The notes: a model not told the origin generated them from the letters alone. 62,911 nucleotides of DNA, filler included, from Octopus bimaculoides (GCF_001194135.2; 6 parts of 6 records of this genome joined end to end with filler, not necessarily neighbours in it); one strand, 5' to 3'; positions 38,601 through 52,120 are shown, numbered from the whole stretch's first letter. Numbers and translations: made by a program.

Positions 38601-38736
38601 TATATACATATATATACATATATATATATATATATANNNNNNNNNNNNNNNNNNNNNNNNNNNNNNNNNNNNNNNNNNNNTTAATTAATTAANNNNNNNN
38701 NNNNNNNNNNNNNNNNNNNNNNNNNNNNNNNNNNNN

Positions 38737-38764
<28 letters not shown>

Positions 38765-38772
<8 letters not shown>

Positions 38773-38978
38773 CATATGTTTGTGTGTCTGTGTTTGTCCC
38801 CCAACATCGCTTGACAACCGATGCTGGTGTGTTTACGTTCCTGTAACTTAGCGGTTAGGCAAAAGCGGCCGATAGAATAAGTACTAGGCTTACAACGAAT
38901 AATTCCTGGGGTCCATTTACTCGACTAAAGGCGGTGCTCCAGCATGGCCGCAGTCAAATGAATGAAACAAGTAAAAGA
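38765..38978 (+). mobile_element. SINE family 'B', 3' half
   Basis: CATCGCTTGACAACCGATGCTGG..GGCGGTGCTCCAGCATGGCCGCAGTCAAATG..AAGTAAAAG. Confidence 0.9.
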
Positions 38979-39634
38979 TATAATAATAGGTAGTCTAAGA
39001 AACAAAGGCTCTTCTTCCCAGCAATACTACCCCCACATCATTTTGAAATGTTATTGAGGAGATGGAGGAGAAAAAAAGGTCAAATTTGTGACAACGTTAA
39101 AAATAAAGATTCACTAAGAGAAAATAACGAATATAAAATAAAGGCAAGTTCAAGTTACGGACCAAGAAAACTGACATAGCTCATTTCGTACGCTGCACAT
39201 AAAAAACCGAATCATTAATGAACGATCTGAACGAATTACTAGAAAACTTCGGAAAACAAAATACGCAACTATGCAAAGAATGGAGTCGGAGTATGTGGAT
39301 CATGTCATAAAGAGGTTATACAGCAATGCAAATTTCGGTGCGTGTGAAATACTATACTTAAATTCTAGCAAACACAGGATCCCTTTATTGATTACACAAC
39401 AAAGGAACTACTTACAAACACTTTTGGGACAAAAGACTACTAATCACTAGTATGAGTTGCTCAAGACTTCATGAAAATTAGTGACCCAAATTTTCTACTT
39501 TTTATTTATCAACTTTCAACTCGTCTATTGTACAAACTACCCATCCATCGTCCCTATCTTTATATATCACCCACTTGAGGCTAAAAAAGAATTATTAATC
39601 TTCTTTCTCATTATCATTATAAGAGAGGCTAGCA

Positions 39635-40240
39635 GACAAAATCTTTAACACGCCGAGCAAAATGCTTTGTATTATTTCTTTCCGCTCTTTGCGTTCTGAA
39701 TTCAAATACTAACGAAGTTGACTTTGGCTTTCATCCTTTCGGGGTCGATAAAATAAGCAGCCAATTGAGTAATGGGGTCGGTGCAATTGACTTACCCTCT
39801 ACCTCGTAGCTGTTGGCCTTGTACCAAAATTTGAAAATATTTTTATCAAGAAGGCGCAAGGCGACGAATTGGCTGAATCGCTATCACGCTGAACGAAATG
39901 CATAGCGGCATTTCTCCTAGCTTTACATTCTGATTTCAGATTCATCGTTTCGGGGTCGATAAAACATGTACCAGTAGAGTACTGGAATCGTAATCATCTA
40001 ACCCCTTCCCCAAAATTTCAGGCCTTGTGCTTGCAGTAGATAAGATTATTACGAAAGAGGATAGAATCATTAGCGCATCAGACAATACACTCAGTGGTAT
40101 TTCTTCCAACGCGTTATGTTCTACGTTCAAATCGCATCCAGCTCAACTTTGCCTTTCATTTTTTTCGAGGTTGATATTCTAAAACACCAGTCTAATACTG
40201 GAGTTGATGTTATCAACTTAACCCATTCCTTCAAAATGAT
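39635..40240 (+). mobile_element. Three head-to-tail SINE family 'A' copies
   Basis: A head/body repeated at ~39635-39835, ~39855-40045 and ~40055-40240, each diverged differently. Confidence 0.75.
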
Positions 40241-41409
40241 CGACTTTAGCATTCATTCCTGCGGTGTTAATGAAATACTGCATAAGTCAAGTTCTAAGGT
40301 CGGTTTAATCTTACGAATTATTCGCTTTGTGCCTTTGTTAAAAGATTTAGCAGCAGTAGTAGCAGCAGCAGTAGTAGTAGTAGTAGGAGGAGGAGGAGGA
40401 GGAGAAGCTGCAGTAGCAACAGCAGCAGATTTCTCGGACGTATATTATCTCATTGTAGTTAATATAAATCTTATACTCATGTTTTCCCTAAGTCTTTTAA
40501 AATGAAATCATCAGAACTTGACGTGGAGATTCTGCATTATTCTTTTCGTTTAATGAAAGATTCTACTAGGGTTTTATCCATTAATACGAATCACTTCTTC
40601 CATAAAATTGAATATTTATGATACATGCTTGTAAGGAAAATTACGTATTTCGTGTGAATTTAGCTTCATTGACCAAAATCCCTGACAACAATGATAGTAA
40701 ACTCTAAGCAGTAAAATAGGATACGAATTGTCCATTTCAAAGAGGAGCAATAACAAAACTACTTAACGATTCTTCGATAGAATTCTTTTATATTAACATT
40801 GAATTTGGCTGATTGTTACAGCATTCATTGGCTGATTGTTAGGAATTTATAGATTTGTTTTGCATACCGAAGGTGCTATTGACTCTAATAGAATCTTAGA
40901 AGATTATTTCGAATCCCATTAACTGCTTATGTTGGCTTCTTTTCCTGAATGAAGCCAGTCTTCTTGAGATTGTTATACACAAACATTCCAGCTAAATTAT
41001 GGTTTCCATTATATTTGACACTTTTATAAATAGTCTATCGTTTTATATTAAAATGTTGTGAGGGAAACAACATCTGACCATATATTAATGTACAGTTACA
41101 TAAAGTAGCTTTGCCGACTAAATTGATTATCTTTATGAAAAGAAAAAGCAAAAACAGAGTGCCCACAATTTTTGTATCTCGTTTACTTTCATAACATTGT
41201 ACCAGTACTGCATACTTCGATGTAAGTTACGTACATTTAAGGTCTGAAATTCTAAGGCCTTCACTGACCAAGTTTGCGCCCTTATCAGACAGCTTCATAT
41301 ATTTGTACACCAGTGTCAATTTTGACGACATGCGCTGCCCTCTCATTCAATAATTGTAATATTATGTATGTACGTATATAAGTATTCTTAAATTATAAGA
41401 ATTTGAAAC

Positions 41410-41790
41410 ACTATCCTCTGAGATTTTCCAGTCAACACCGACAGAACTATCCAGTCTAATCGAGGAGACAATTATTAAAGACCAGGAAGAAAATACTTGT
41501 AGACTAATAGATGTGAGTGTTCCTACTGATAAAAATATATCTGTAAAAGAATTTGACAAATTAAGTAAATATAAGGACCTGGAAATTGAAATACAAAAGA
41601 TGTGGTATCTTAAAGCAAGAACTGTTCCTGTTATTGTAGGTGCCCTAGGTGTGATAATAAAGGCATGTCGGAAACATCAAGATAACACCGTAGAAAACCA
41701 TGTCTCAAATATATCCAAGAGATTATGCTGACAAGTACTTCCACTTCCTTTGAAAAACCCTGCCAATTTAAATGTCTGTGTTGTATTACA
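41410..41790 (+). mobile_element. R4/Dong-like non-LTR retrotransposon, restriction-like endonuclease (PD-D/ExK) domain remnant
   Basis: DFPVNTDRTIQSNRGDTIIKD..CRLIDVSVPTDKNISVKEFDKLSKYKDLEIEIQKMW..TVPVIVGALG. Weaker similarity extends upstream to ~40900. Confidence 0.85.
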
Positions 41791-42029
41791 TGAAGTTATT
41801 TCGCTACTGCCCCTGTCACTTCCCCTCCCCAAATATTCATTTATATAGTAACATATCTTATCCTTCACTCGCCCTGAGACTCTTGGTGTGTCTCGGCAAG
41901 TGGTTGGAACAAACATTCAGCTTAAAAGTAAATAATAATAATAGAATAATAGTGTTTTCCGAAGAAGTTGGGAAGACTCTCAGTAAGAAATGGAAACAAA
42001 ATTGAAAGACGATAATGAAATTAATATTG

Positions 42030-42185
42030 ATTTCAAAATTTCGCACAGGGCCAGCAATTTTGGGGAGATTGGATAAGTCAATTTCATTGACCTAAGTGAT
42101 TAACTGGTACTAATTTCATCGACCTCGAAAAAATGAAAAGTAAAGTCGACCTCAGCAGAATTTGAACTCAGAAAGTAAAGACGCA
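42030..42185 (-). mobile_element. SINE family 'A'
   Basis: Reverse-complement body: ACTGGTAC..ATCGACCTCGAAA..GTCGACCTCAGCAGAATTTGAACTCAG. Confidence 0.8.
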
Positions 42186-43097
42186 TGAAACTCATTATGG
42201 GACACTGGCAATGTGTCGTGTTATTGTATCAAAATAGCTTAACTTCTGGTACGTAATTTGTCGTGTGGCTATAGTACTGTATCATTAACGACTGTTTCAC
42301 TATGCTGCAGTGCTGTGTGTAAATCTATGATTCTGTCTCGGTCATGGACCATCAAGCGACACACTTCTATACGCTTCTTCTAAATGTTATCAAGATATCT
42401 ATGTGACTAAATGATCAGCCACATTATTGTAGCAACAGCAATGCAGAGGTTATTGATGCATGGCCACCGTTACAGCGGAGTATTTAAGATGTTCCCTTAA
42501 TTCATAACCACCTGGTTTCGTGTGCAATATTACTGCATAATAAAATGGTCGAATGTATTATAACATATATTGAGATTCGGGAAAGACTTGTGAGGAAAAT
42601 TCGTTGAAATACACTTTACTTTTATTTAATCTTTAGGTGGGACTGCTCAGCTTCTTTGGTGCTAAACTTAATTCGTTGGTCTATTTAACAAATCCACCTG
42701 ACATTAGGTCGCAATATTTCATATGAGAATGAAATAGGAGATCTGACTAAACACTTCTGTCTCAAAGCCTCTGTCTGTAATAGGTAATTAATTCTACTCT
42801 TCTTTCATAACGAACTCTCGTAAAGAAAAAAATATTTTCTGATGTGCCACAAAGTGTAGCTTCAGTTTTGCATAAATGACGTAGTGTTTCGTTAGGTTGT
42901 TTAACTGAATTCAAATATACCTTTCAAGCTAGGAGAGAAGAATTAGATTGCTATTGATACTGTCTGTATCATTTCAAGAGGTCATAACATATTTAAGACG
43001 AATGCCAGCTATTAAATTACTTGATAGTCTACAATAGTAAAATACAGTTGCAACAAAGTGCTTTTGTTCTAGTAATTTAAGTCTACAACCGAATATA

Positions 43098-44259
43098 CGA
43101 GGGGGTGTTCATTACAGATTTACAATAGTATTTGTTTGTCATTTACGGCTGATGAAACGGAGGCAGGTGAATGCAGATCAGTGATCAGGTTCTTATGCTT
43201 GAAAGATCGTACACCAAAAGAGACTTTCGATGAGATGAAAGAAGTTTATGTTGACAATGCACCATCATACGGCGTAGTCAAGCACTGGCATCGCCAAATC
43301 AAATGTGGTCGGACATCGGTAGAAACTGCTCCTATTCCTGGACGGCCACGTTACACAATTCATGACGACACCATTCATAAAGTGGAAGCCGCCAATTTAG
43401 GGGATCACCACATAACTATTCGGCAAGTGACCTAAAAAGTAAAGATAAGTGTAGGTTTCGTAGAAAAATATCCTTCGCGACCATTTGCACATACGAAAAT
43501 TGTCTGCACGATGGATTCCCCAGATGCTCACATCTTTTCAGAAGCAGGAACGAGTCAATTGCAACCAGGCTCATTTGGCAATGTGCCAAGAAAACGTCGA
43601 GGTCTTTTTCGCGTAAGATGAAACATGGGTCCATTAATATGATCCTGAGACTAAAGTCCAGTCGAAGCAATGGCAGCATTACCCACCACCTCCAAAGACG
43701 TATCGAGTCCAACACTCAGCAAACAAAGTGGTGCTCACAGTCTTTAGGGACCAGCGCGTACTAATGATGATGGATTTTGTAGCAAAGGGCATCACAATTT
43801 ACGGGGCATATTATGCTTCTCTGCTGCAGAAATTGCGCGACGCCACCAAAGCAGAGTGTCGTGGCATGCTGACCAAAAGAGTCCGCCTCCTCCAAGACAA
43901 CGCCTCAGTTCACAATGTGCATGTTGCCAGATGAAAGCACTCCTGCAGCTATGAAATCCTTCCTCTTTCTCCTTACTCTTCCGACCTCGCACCATCTGAT
44001 TTTCACCTCTTTCCAGCCATGAAGTCTTTTTCGAAGGGCAAACATTTTTCGGATGATGATGAACTTATTTTCGAGCTAAAGTCTTGACTCCAGATGCAAG
44101 CAACCTACTTCTACAAACAAGGTCTTCACAGCTGCATAAAGTGATGGGAGAAGTATGTCACTATTGATGCTGTCTATGTAGAGAAAGAGTAATATTTATG
44201 CCAAATCTCATTTATCCCCGTCCTTGGGATCAGAGGGAATCTTTTATAAACACCCCTCG
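43098..44259 (+). mobile_element. Decayed mariner (DD34D) transposon with both TIRs
   Basis: TA|CGAGGGGGTGTT...AACACCCCTCG ends. Transposase remnant RSVIRFL..GRP..WIPQML..DETWVH..LLQDNA..YSSDLAPSDFHLF, with several stops and frameshifts. Confidence 0.9.
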
Positions 44260-44797
44260 TGTCAGAAAATTTCACTGAAGACTGTAAACAATAGACAGAC
44301 GTAAATTCCTTGTTTTTATAAATAAAAGTTTCATGTATTGAAAATGGTAGATAACTCACTCTAATTTCAATCTTATGTTGTGATGTTGACATATCTGGGT
44401 ACTGTTCATGGAGATACTGCTTATAAATCCACTATTTAATCATTTAATTAATTGGATAATCCAATTTGCTTATTTGATGCCTTCTTGAAAGCTTGTTTCG
44501 TTGATAAATTACTGGTGTACGAACAGTAATTTGTTTCAATGCTATGTTGTATTACAGATTCCAACCATACATTTTTAACCAACTGTATATGTATAGACAA
44601 ATGTAAACACCATATACGGGTACAGAATATATTTGAGGACAGACAAAAGGAAATCTACAGCTAATGATTTCCTAACACATGTCTGAAACTGTGGCTTATC
44701 CGATTTTTCTGTTAACAAAGCGGTCAATACACCCTCACACACATACGTTATGTGTGTGTGCGTGTGTGTGTGGTGTGTGTTTGTGTATACGTATATA

Positions 44798-44838
<41 letters not shown>

Positions 44839-45034
44839 NNNNNNNNNNNNNNNNNNNNNNNNNNNNNNNNNNNNNNNNNNNNTTAATTAATTAANNNNNN
44901 NNNNNNNNNNNNNNNNNNNNNNNNNNNNNNNNNNNNNNGCAATGGTGGGGTGGGACAAACAAAGACACACATCCATATATACATACATACATCCATATAT
45001 ACATACATACATCCATATGTCTTTGTTATTTGAT

Positions 45035-45392
45035 CTTTTACCTGTTTCAGTCATTAGACTGGTGCCATGTTGGGGCACCACCTTTAAGAATTTTTAGGTG
45101 AATGAATCGACTCCCAGGACCTTTTTTTGTGAGCCTGGTACTTATTCCATCAGTTTCTTCTGCCAAACCATTAAGTTATGGGATCATAAACACACCAGCA
45201 CCAGTTGTCAATCGGTGGTGGGTGAAAAAACACAGGCAGAAAGACACACACACATGAAGAGCTTCTTTCAGTTTTTGTCTACCAAATCCACTCACAAAGT
45301 CAGCCTGAGGCAATAGCAGAAGACACTTGCCCAAGGTGTCATACAGTAGGGGTGAGCCTGGAACCATGCGGTTGAGAAGCAAACTTCTAACC
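45035..45392 (-). mobile_element. SINE family 'B', near full length
   Basis: Reverse-complement tail at 45035, short (CA) insert, head ending ..GAACCATGCGGTTGAGAAGCAAACTTC. Confidence 0.85.
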
Positions 45393-46064
45393 AGTCACCA
45401 AAACATCTTATAAAGCATCTAGTCTTGTGCCCTACTGTTTTGGTTATTTTAACATGAATAAAACCACCAAGCCTATTTTATACAACTATATACACCAGTA
45501 GTTAGGATTCACAAAGGCTCAGGGACTTTTGACAAAGAAACTGTCATAAATGGAGAAAAAGAAAAAGAGAATAAAAATTTCTTAACCTGTACTAATGTTT
45601 GATCTTTTATTTTTGTCAACAAACTAGAATTAAAGAAATTCAGATACCTAGGGATTTATAACTAGATGATCATTATACAAAAGCACATTCTAGTTTTATA
45701 AAACATTCATACATATATCTACAAAACATATATATATGTGTGCATGTGTACACAAACACACATATATTTATAGACACATAGATAGATGTGTTTTTTGCAT
45801 TGCTGAAGCTAATATTTCTACACATGGATGCTTTATATATATATATATATATNNNNNNNNNNNNNNNNNNNNNNNNNNNNNNNNNNNNNNNNNNNNNNNN
45901 NNNNNNNNNNNNNNNNNNNNNNNNNNNNNNNNNNNNNNNNNNNNNNNNNNNNNNNNNNNNNNNNNNNNNNNNNNNNNNNNNNNNNNNNNNNNNNNNNNNN
46001 NNNNNNNNNNNNNNACATACCTATATATATATATACATTTATGTATCCATATGCACATATGTAT

Positions 46065-47310
46065 ATTGCTGCACCTCTTATGTGTCCATAGCTTATACTG
46101 GGTACATCTTATGGAGTTTCTATCTATGTCTTTTCTACAGATTGAGCAGGGCCATCTACCTGAAGAGATTTGTCTGCCTTCCTACTTATTAAGACTTTGG
46201 TTTTAGCTAGGTTGACTCTAAGGCCCTTCGATTCTAATCCTTGCTTCCACACCTGAAACTTTTCCTCTAGTTCTGATAGTAACTCAACAATTAGAGCAAG
46301 GTCATCAGCATAGAGGAGCTCCTAGGGGCATCCTGTCTTGAATTCCTGTGTTATTGCCTGGAGGACTATGATGACTAAGAGGGGGTTGAGGACTGATCCT
46401 TAGTGGACTCCTAACCCTACTCGGAATTCTTCACTGTACTGGTTGCCAACCCTCACCTTACTGACAGTATCACTGTACATGGCTTGTACAGCTCTCACTA
46501 ACCATTCATCTATCCCTAGTTTCCTCATTGACCACCAGATAAGGGATCGGGGGGATCCTGTCAAAGGCTTTCTCCATGTCAACGAAAGCCAGGTGCAGAG
46601 GTTTATCTTTGGCTAGCTATTTCTCTTGCAGCTGTCTTACCAGAAATATAGCCCCAGTGGTGCTTTTCCCTAGCACAAATGCAAACTGCATCACATCTAG
46701 ACTGACTCTCTCCCTAATTAGTTGGGCTATGACCTTCTCCGTGACCTTCATTACCTAATCCAATAACTTGATACCTCTGTAATTATTTGTATCTAAAGCG
46801 TCACCTTTACCTTTGTAGCAGTTAACTATGGTGCTGCTACACAAGTCATTGGGTATGACTTCTTCATGTATCACCTGATTGACTATATGGGTGACTAGAC
46901 TATAGCCGACACCGCCAGATATTTTGAGCATCTCTGTGGTGATTCCTGATGGGCTGGGGGCTTTCCCTTTCTTCATACCCTTATTTGCTTTATCTACCAA
47001 GGTACTGTCAATTTGGATAGCTAGTCCCTCTGTTGGGTCAACATTCAGCAGACTTTCTTTCTCCCATTCATTCTCTTTATTTAGCAACCTTTCATAGTGG
47101 TGTCTCCAAACCTCTCTCTTTGCAGCCTCATTTAATGCAAGTGAACCATCATACATGCAGACACATTTCTCTCCTATGAAATCACGATTCTCTCTCACAC
47201 ACTGTCTTGCAACACGAAATACCTCAAGTCTTAAGTCCTTACGGCGTAGAACATTGGCAAATTTTTTCTTATCTGTTTCCCCTCAGGCTAAATAAACCTG
47301 TCTTAGCCAG
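46065..47310 (-). mobile_element. Decayed RTE-clade LINE (reverse transcriptase region)
   Basis: KAPSPSGITTEMLK..YKGKGDALDTNNYRGIKLL..QFAFVLGKSTTGAIFLVRQLQEK..AFVDMEKAFDRIPRSLIWWSMRKLG..GVH*GSVL..GLRVNLAKTK; in-frame stops. Confidence 0.9.
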
Positions 47311-48171
47311 AGGGGAAGCAGATAAGAAAAAATTATAAAGTATTAAAATGATCAGGTAGGGTAGAACACCATAGAAAAGGAATAAAATAGCTTAATCACT
47401 AAAAACCATGATGAAGTATATATGCCTTAGTAACATCAATACAGAAGACTTATAGAAAATGTATAATAATTCAAGTATTTAAACTAAAAATTATCTATAA
47501 TACCTGGTATTAACTAAAGGAATATTGATGTTATAGGACATGCTAACTATATACTAATTATAAACTATGGCAATATTGTTTAAAATATTTAATTATAGTA
47601 CCCCATGATAAAATTCCCCCTGTATTATCATCATTGGTTTACTAAAGTCTTGCCCTTTTAATTGTCAGCTAACATCTTGATTTAAGATTTCCTTTACCAA
47701 ATCTCATTATATTGCTTCAAATTAATCTTGATAGTTTTATGACTCTACCCACTATGATTTCTGTCAAATCCCTCAGCCCCTTTCCTAACAGTCACTGCTC
47801 CTTGTTCTTTGGCCTTAGATTTTGGTATACAAAGATTTGATAAACAAGACTATAAATTAAAACTGACCCCAAAAAACAGTGACAAGTTAGATCTTTAACA
47901 AGTTATTCTTCCTAATACATTAGTAGCTTCTAAGCTGAAGTGAAGACAGCATGTTCTTTGTCTATCTCCTTACCTTCTTGGAGGTTTTAGGTAAAGTTAT
48001 ACTAATGTGTCCATCTGTTTTAATCTAATTTAATTCTATGTATTTATACAGCTGAGGATTGCTCTGCATTTAAATTGATGTAATGGTTGCATCGTTCAAT
48101 TAAATGGAGTTGCTTGAAACGATTATACTGCATTACCTGTAGATATCCTGTTGCTTATTTTGATATATGCG

Positions 48172-48219
<48 letters not shown>

Positions 48220-49388
48220 TATATATATATATACATACACACATACTCCTATATATACATACATACACACACATATACACGTATAAATATATATATATAT
48301 ATACATATATATATTCACACACATTTGATGAACAAAACAGCAGAAATAAGAAAGACTGAAACAGATTTAAATATTAGAAAGGATGGGCATGAGAGAAATA
48401 TTTAAAATGTAAACATTCTTTGTATGGTCTCGATATGCAGAAATAAGATAGTGGGATCTCTTGATGGACTGTTTCATGGTTTGTTGAATTCTCCTTTGAC
48501 AAGACATACCCAGTTTTCTTCCTGAATCATTAGCATAGAATATTCACCTCCTATAGAATGCAGGCATATATTAGGGATATCACTATTGTGCATAGCTTAA
48601 TTTGCATAATTTTGCTTTTGGTTGCTCATCATTAGTTAAGCACAATGCACCACAAATAGGAAAGAGTGAAATAATTTGAATATTAGAAAACCTGGCTGTG
48701 AAAGAAATATTTAAAATGTAAATACATTCTAAGCATTCGATGTGGAGAAACTGTGAAGTGTTCCATCCCTTGATGACTGCTTTTTACAGAATTCTTATAG
48801 TCTAAATATTTCTCTCAAAGCCTGACTTTCTAACATGCAAATTTATTTTACTCCTTCTGATTTGCACTGTGTTGTGTGTAAAATATATATTGTCTAATTA
48901 CTGACAAGCTGACAAATGTACAAATATACAACTTAAGCAATTCCAACAGTAGATAGCTTAATTTTTGACAAATATATGACTGCATTATATAACAAAGGGG
49001 TATTCTATGCAATTGATTAGTGATGGAAACTTGGTATGTCTTCTCTGAAGAATGTGTTTAAATTCTAAATATTCCTTTCACACTCAAGCCTTCTAATATA
49101 TGTGTGTTTTGGAATATATTTATAAACAATATATTGATTACTATTATTTATATAAAAATATCTTAACTATGAATTATAAAATAGATGTGTTAGTAAAATT
49201 TGTGTTTAGTTCATAATTTCTTGAAAATGAATATCACAGACACATCATTACAAAAATTGTTTTGCAATTTGGCATTATTTCATCATGATCCTCATTATTA
49301 ACATGTACGTTTTTCCATGCTTGCATGGGTTATATACCAAAAGTGTTGCATTGTAAACCTGAGAAATTTTCTAGAAGAATGCTCTTGT

Positions 49389-49784
49389 TCAAAATGTCTC
49401 TGTCATTAAAGAAGATTCCTGTATTTCAATAGAATCATTTTCACTGTCAACATTATCCTGCATTTGAGAATTAGTTAACTCATAGCTTTCAAAGTGACTG
49501 TTTAACTGTAACTGCTCTGAAGATACATTTTCTGACATATTTTTAATGTTTTCAGAGGAATCAAAAGCTGCTGGCGAGCTCCTACTGTCCTGATCCTGAA
49601 GCAACCGTTCTGATTCCACTATACCATCATTGCCAGCAGTAGCATATTGCTGAATTCGATGCGCCTGCATTTGCTGTTGCAATATTTCTTTTTGTTCTTT
49701 CTTTTCATCCTTATAACATACAATGTATTCAAACATTTGGTATAATGTTAGGAAGACCAAGAATATATTAGTTGCAGCCAAAAT
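49389..49784 (-). CDS. PCSK7: PC7-like proprotein convertase, terminal coding exon (TM helix + acidic cytosolic tail)
   Basis: Acceptor TTTTCATTCTGTTCTTTTACAG|ATT, phase 0. ILAATNIFLVFLTLYQMFEYIVCY aligns by memory to the PC7 TM region (TLVLVGCFTVFWTVYYMLEVYL). Open frame runs to TGA at 49391-49389. Confidence 0.8.
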   Translation of the reverse strand: MLAATNIFLVFLTLYQMFEYIVCYKDEKKEQKEILQQQMQAHRIQQYATAGNDGIVESERLLQDQDSRSSPAAFDSSENIKNMSENVSSEQLQLNSHFESYELTNSQMQDNVDSENDSIEIQESSLMTETF

Positions 49785-50006
49785 CTGTAAAAGAACAGAA
49801 TGAAAATTGAATAAGAAGACAACAATATTGATGTTATATATTTCATACAGCTGTTCTCATCACAACACTCAGCAACCTCAGTCAAGATAGATTTTGTATG
49901 ATTACATCAAGGTACCACACCTTACATTTCATATCTCTGACAACAACATCTAAATACAAGGACTTGTGACTTCCTACAAGTAGGCCATGGTCTCCAAAGG
50001 ACAATG

Positions 50007-50267
50007 TGTTGTATTTCCCTCGGATGACTCGCAGAGATAACACGAGTTGTACAAATTTAATTATTACATTTATTATTCAATTACATACAAAGAACGCACT
50101 CACCCAATGTTCGTTATAAATAAACAAAAGTCATGTCCGCCATATCTATCAATGACATTTTACTACGACAGTCACACAAGACAACAACAATGAAACAATG
50201 AACTCAGACGAACCACAGTGACACACGGAACGTCAGACGAATTACATATCTAACAGTCCATATAACA
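50007..50267 (-). mobile_element. Solo LTR, 261 bp, 5-bp TSD CAATG
   Basis: TGTT(G/A)TA..TATAACA ends (TG...CA). CAATG sits at 50002-50006 and 50268-50272. A minus-strand AATAAA lies near its 3' part (~50070). Confidence 0.75.
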
Positions 50268-50946
50268 CAATGGATGATGCTAGCTCATCTGTTGCTCTAA
50301 AGCAGCACCCAGTAAATTGTACTTTGTTACATCACTGTTTGTGTGATGAATAGTATAGTCCCATGAATTTGTTTTAGTGTTGGATGTATTTTACACAAAA
50401 GGTTTTTTAACCTATGTTCATATGTGGTGAACTCAGAAAAAAGATTTTCTCCTGTAATTAAACCAGCTTGCAATATACTGGCCAATATTTGGACATCTGC
50501 TTTAAGTCCATCCTTCAAAATCAATGTCTTTCATGCTTTTGTTAAGCCAGTTCTCTTGTACAGCTTAGAAACAATCTTGTTCATCTTTAGGATTTTCCGC
50601 TAAATTCCCTTCTTCAATGCTTAGAAATTATTTTGAAAGTCTTGGATTAAATCTTTAATGATATATTGGACTATTACACAGACAATTATCTACACAGATT
50701 CAGTAATGAAGAATGAGAACAGAAACTATGAAAATTCAAACAATTTAAAATTAATTACTGAAAATATTGAAACTAATCACTTGTATCTTTGATACAAGTC
50801 TAGCTTTTTTATAGATCACCAGACTATACATCAGGCAAGCATAATTAAGTCTTTTTTACATGAGAAATGTAAAACAGTGTTGATGCATCAATATATGAAT
50901 AAATATCATCAAGCCAGAAATTAACGATAAAAAGTTATATTCTTAC

Positions 50947-51061
50947 CTTAAGAACTCTTTCGGAAATTGGATTGATATCTTTGCCATATTTTGGAAGAGT
51001 TTGGCAAAGTACAGATTTATCATTCTGTATTACTGAATTTGATATGGCTGATAAAACCTCC
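50947..51061 (-). CDS. PCSK7: PC7-like convertase, penultimate exon (115 nt, stalk)
   Basis: TTATTTTAG|G..AAG|GTAAGA. Frame g-EVLSAISNSVIQNDKSVLCQTLPKYGKDINPISERVLK joins both neighbours in phase (cf. PC7 LLESAMSG..PC..TITPNTLK). Confidence 0.8.
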
Positions 51062-51175
51062 CTAAAATAAATAAATGTACATATGAACACACAGTCTTAT
51101 TTAAGTTGGAAAGCTTTGTGTTATCCCTTAAGTAAACAAGGCTTGTTGACTGATATACATGTAAAGCAACACATG

Positions 51176-51219
<44 letters not shown>

Positions 51220-51253
51220 TAATAAACAGAAAGTCATATACCATATTTATTCA

Positions 51254-51543
51254 CATAGCTTAGTGGTTAGGGTATTCAGCTCATGATTGTGAGGTTGTAA
51301 GTTTGATTCCCAGCAGCACATTGTGTCCCTGAGCAAGACACTTTATTTCAGATTGCTCCAGTCCACTCAGTTATGAAAAATGAGTTATAGTAGTAATACA
51401 AAGGGCCAGCCTTATCTCTGAGTACTACATTAAGGGTATGTGTGTCTGTAGAGTACTCAGCCACTTGCACATTAATTTCACAAGCAGGCAATTCCATTGA
51501 TAAAATCAACTGGAATCCTCATCATTGTAACTGACAGATTGCC
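51254..51543 (+). mobile_element. tRNA-type SINE, family 'C' (tail type 2), antisense in PCSK7 intron
   Basis: Head AGCTTAGTGGTTAGGG..GTTTGATTCCC, body GAGCAAGACACTTTATTTCAGATTGCTCCAGTCCACTCAG, tail shared with 13216-13515. Confidence 0.75.
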
Positions 51544-51619
51544 TTGCCAGTAATACACTATCATATATATATAATGCACATCCATTAATTATGGCAATGA
51601 AATTCAAGATTGCCATGGT

Positions 51620-52120
51620 GACATTGAGGAATTTTTTTTCCAAGGTTTTTGTTTGTGGAAGCAGAGAAAGTCTAGCACAAAGTGCCAAGTGGATGAAATT
51701 TGTATGCTGAAAGTTAAGTGGGAATGAGTGATTATATCATCTGCATAGGAGTGTATATGGTCGGAAGAATGTAGTATGTAGCTGAATTCTATGATGAGTA
51801 TTGGTAGGATGTAAACTGCAAAGACACAACATCTGTTGTGATGGAGTGGTGGGATAGCAAACTTTTCATAGATAGGTAACTTAGCAAGAAGGTTCTCATG
51901 TAAAGCAGGATCAAAAGCTTCACTAATCTTAATGGTAATAACATTGCTTTCACATGAATTCTCAAGAGCAACAGTTGCCTGATGATACTGAACACTAACA
52001 GACACATGAAGCAATCTACTGAAATTTTGATTATCTGGAAAACAAGCAGTTGCTCTTCATTAATCCCAATTTACTCCTGGCCATGCTAATTCATTCCTGG
52101 ACTATAATTTTCCAGCACCT
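51620..52120 (-). mobile_element. Decayed non-LTR RT fragment in PCSK7 intron
   Basis: PDNQ..ALENSCESNVITIKISEAFD..HENLLAKLPIY..IHSYADD (cf. LDISKAFD and YADD motifs). Confidence 0.7.

Noticed and set aside
50327-50524. Alternative PCSK7 exon (ILKDGLKADVQILAS..)
   Set aside because: The acceptor is weak, there is no similarity to PC7, and adjacent frames are full of stops; treated as intronic.
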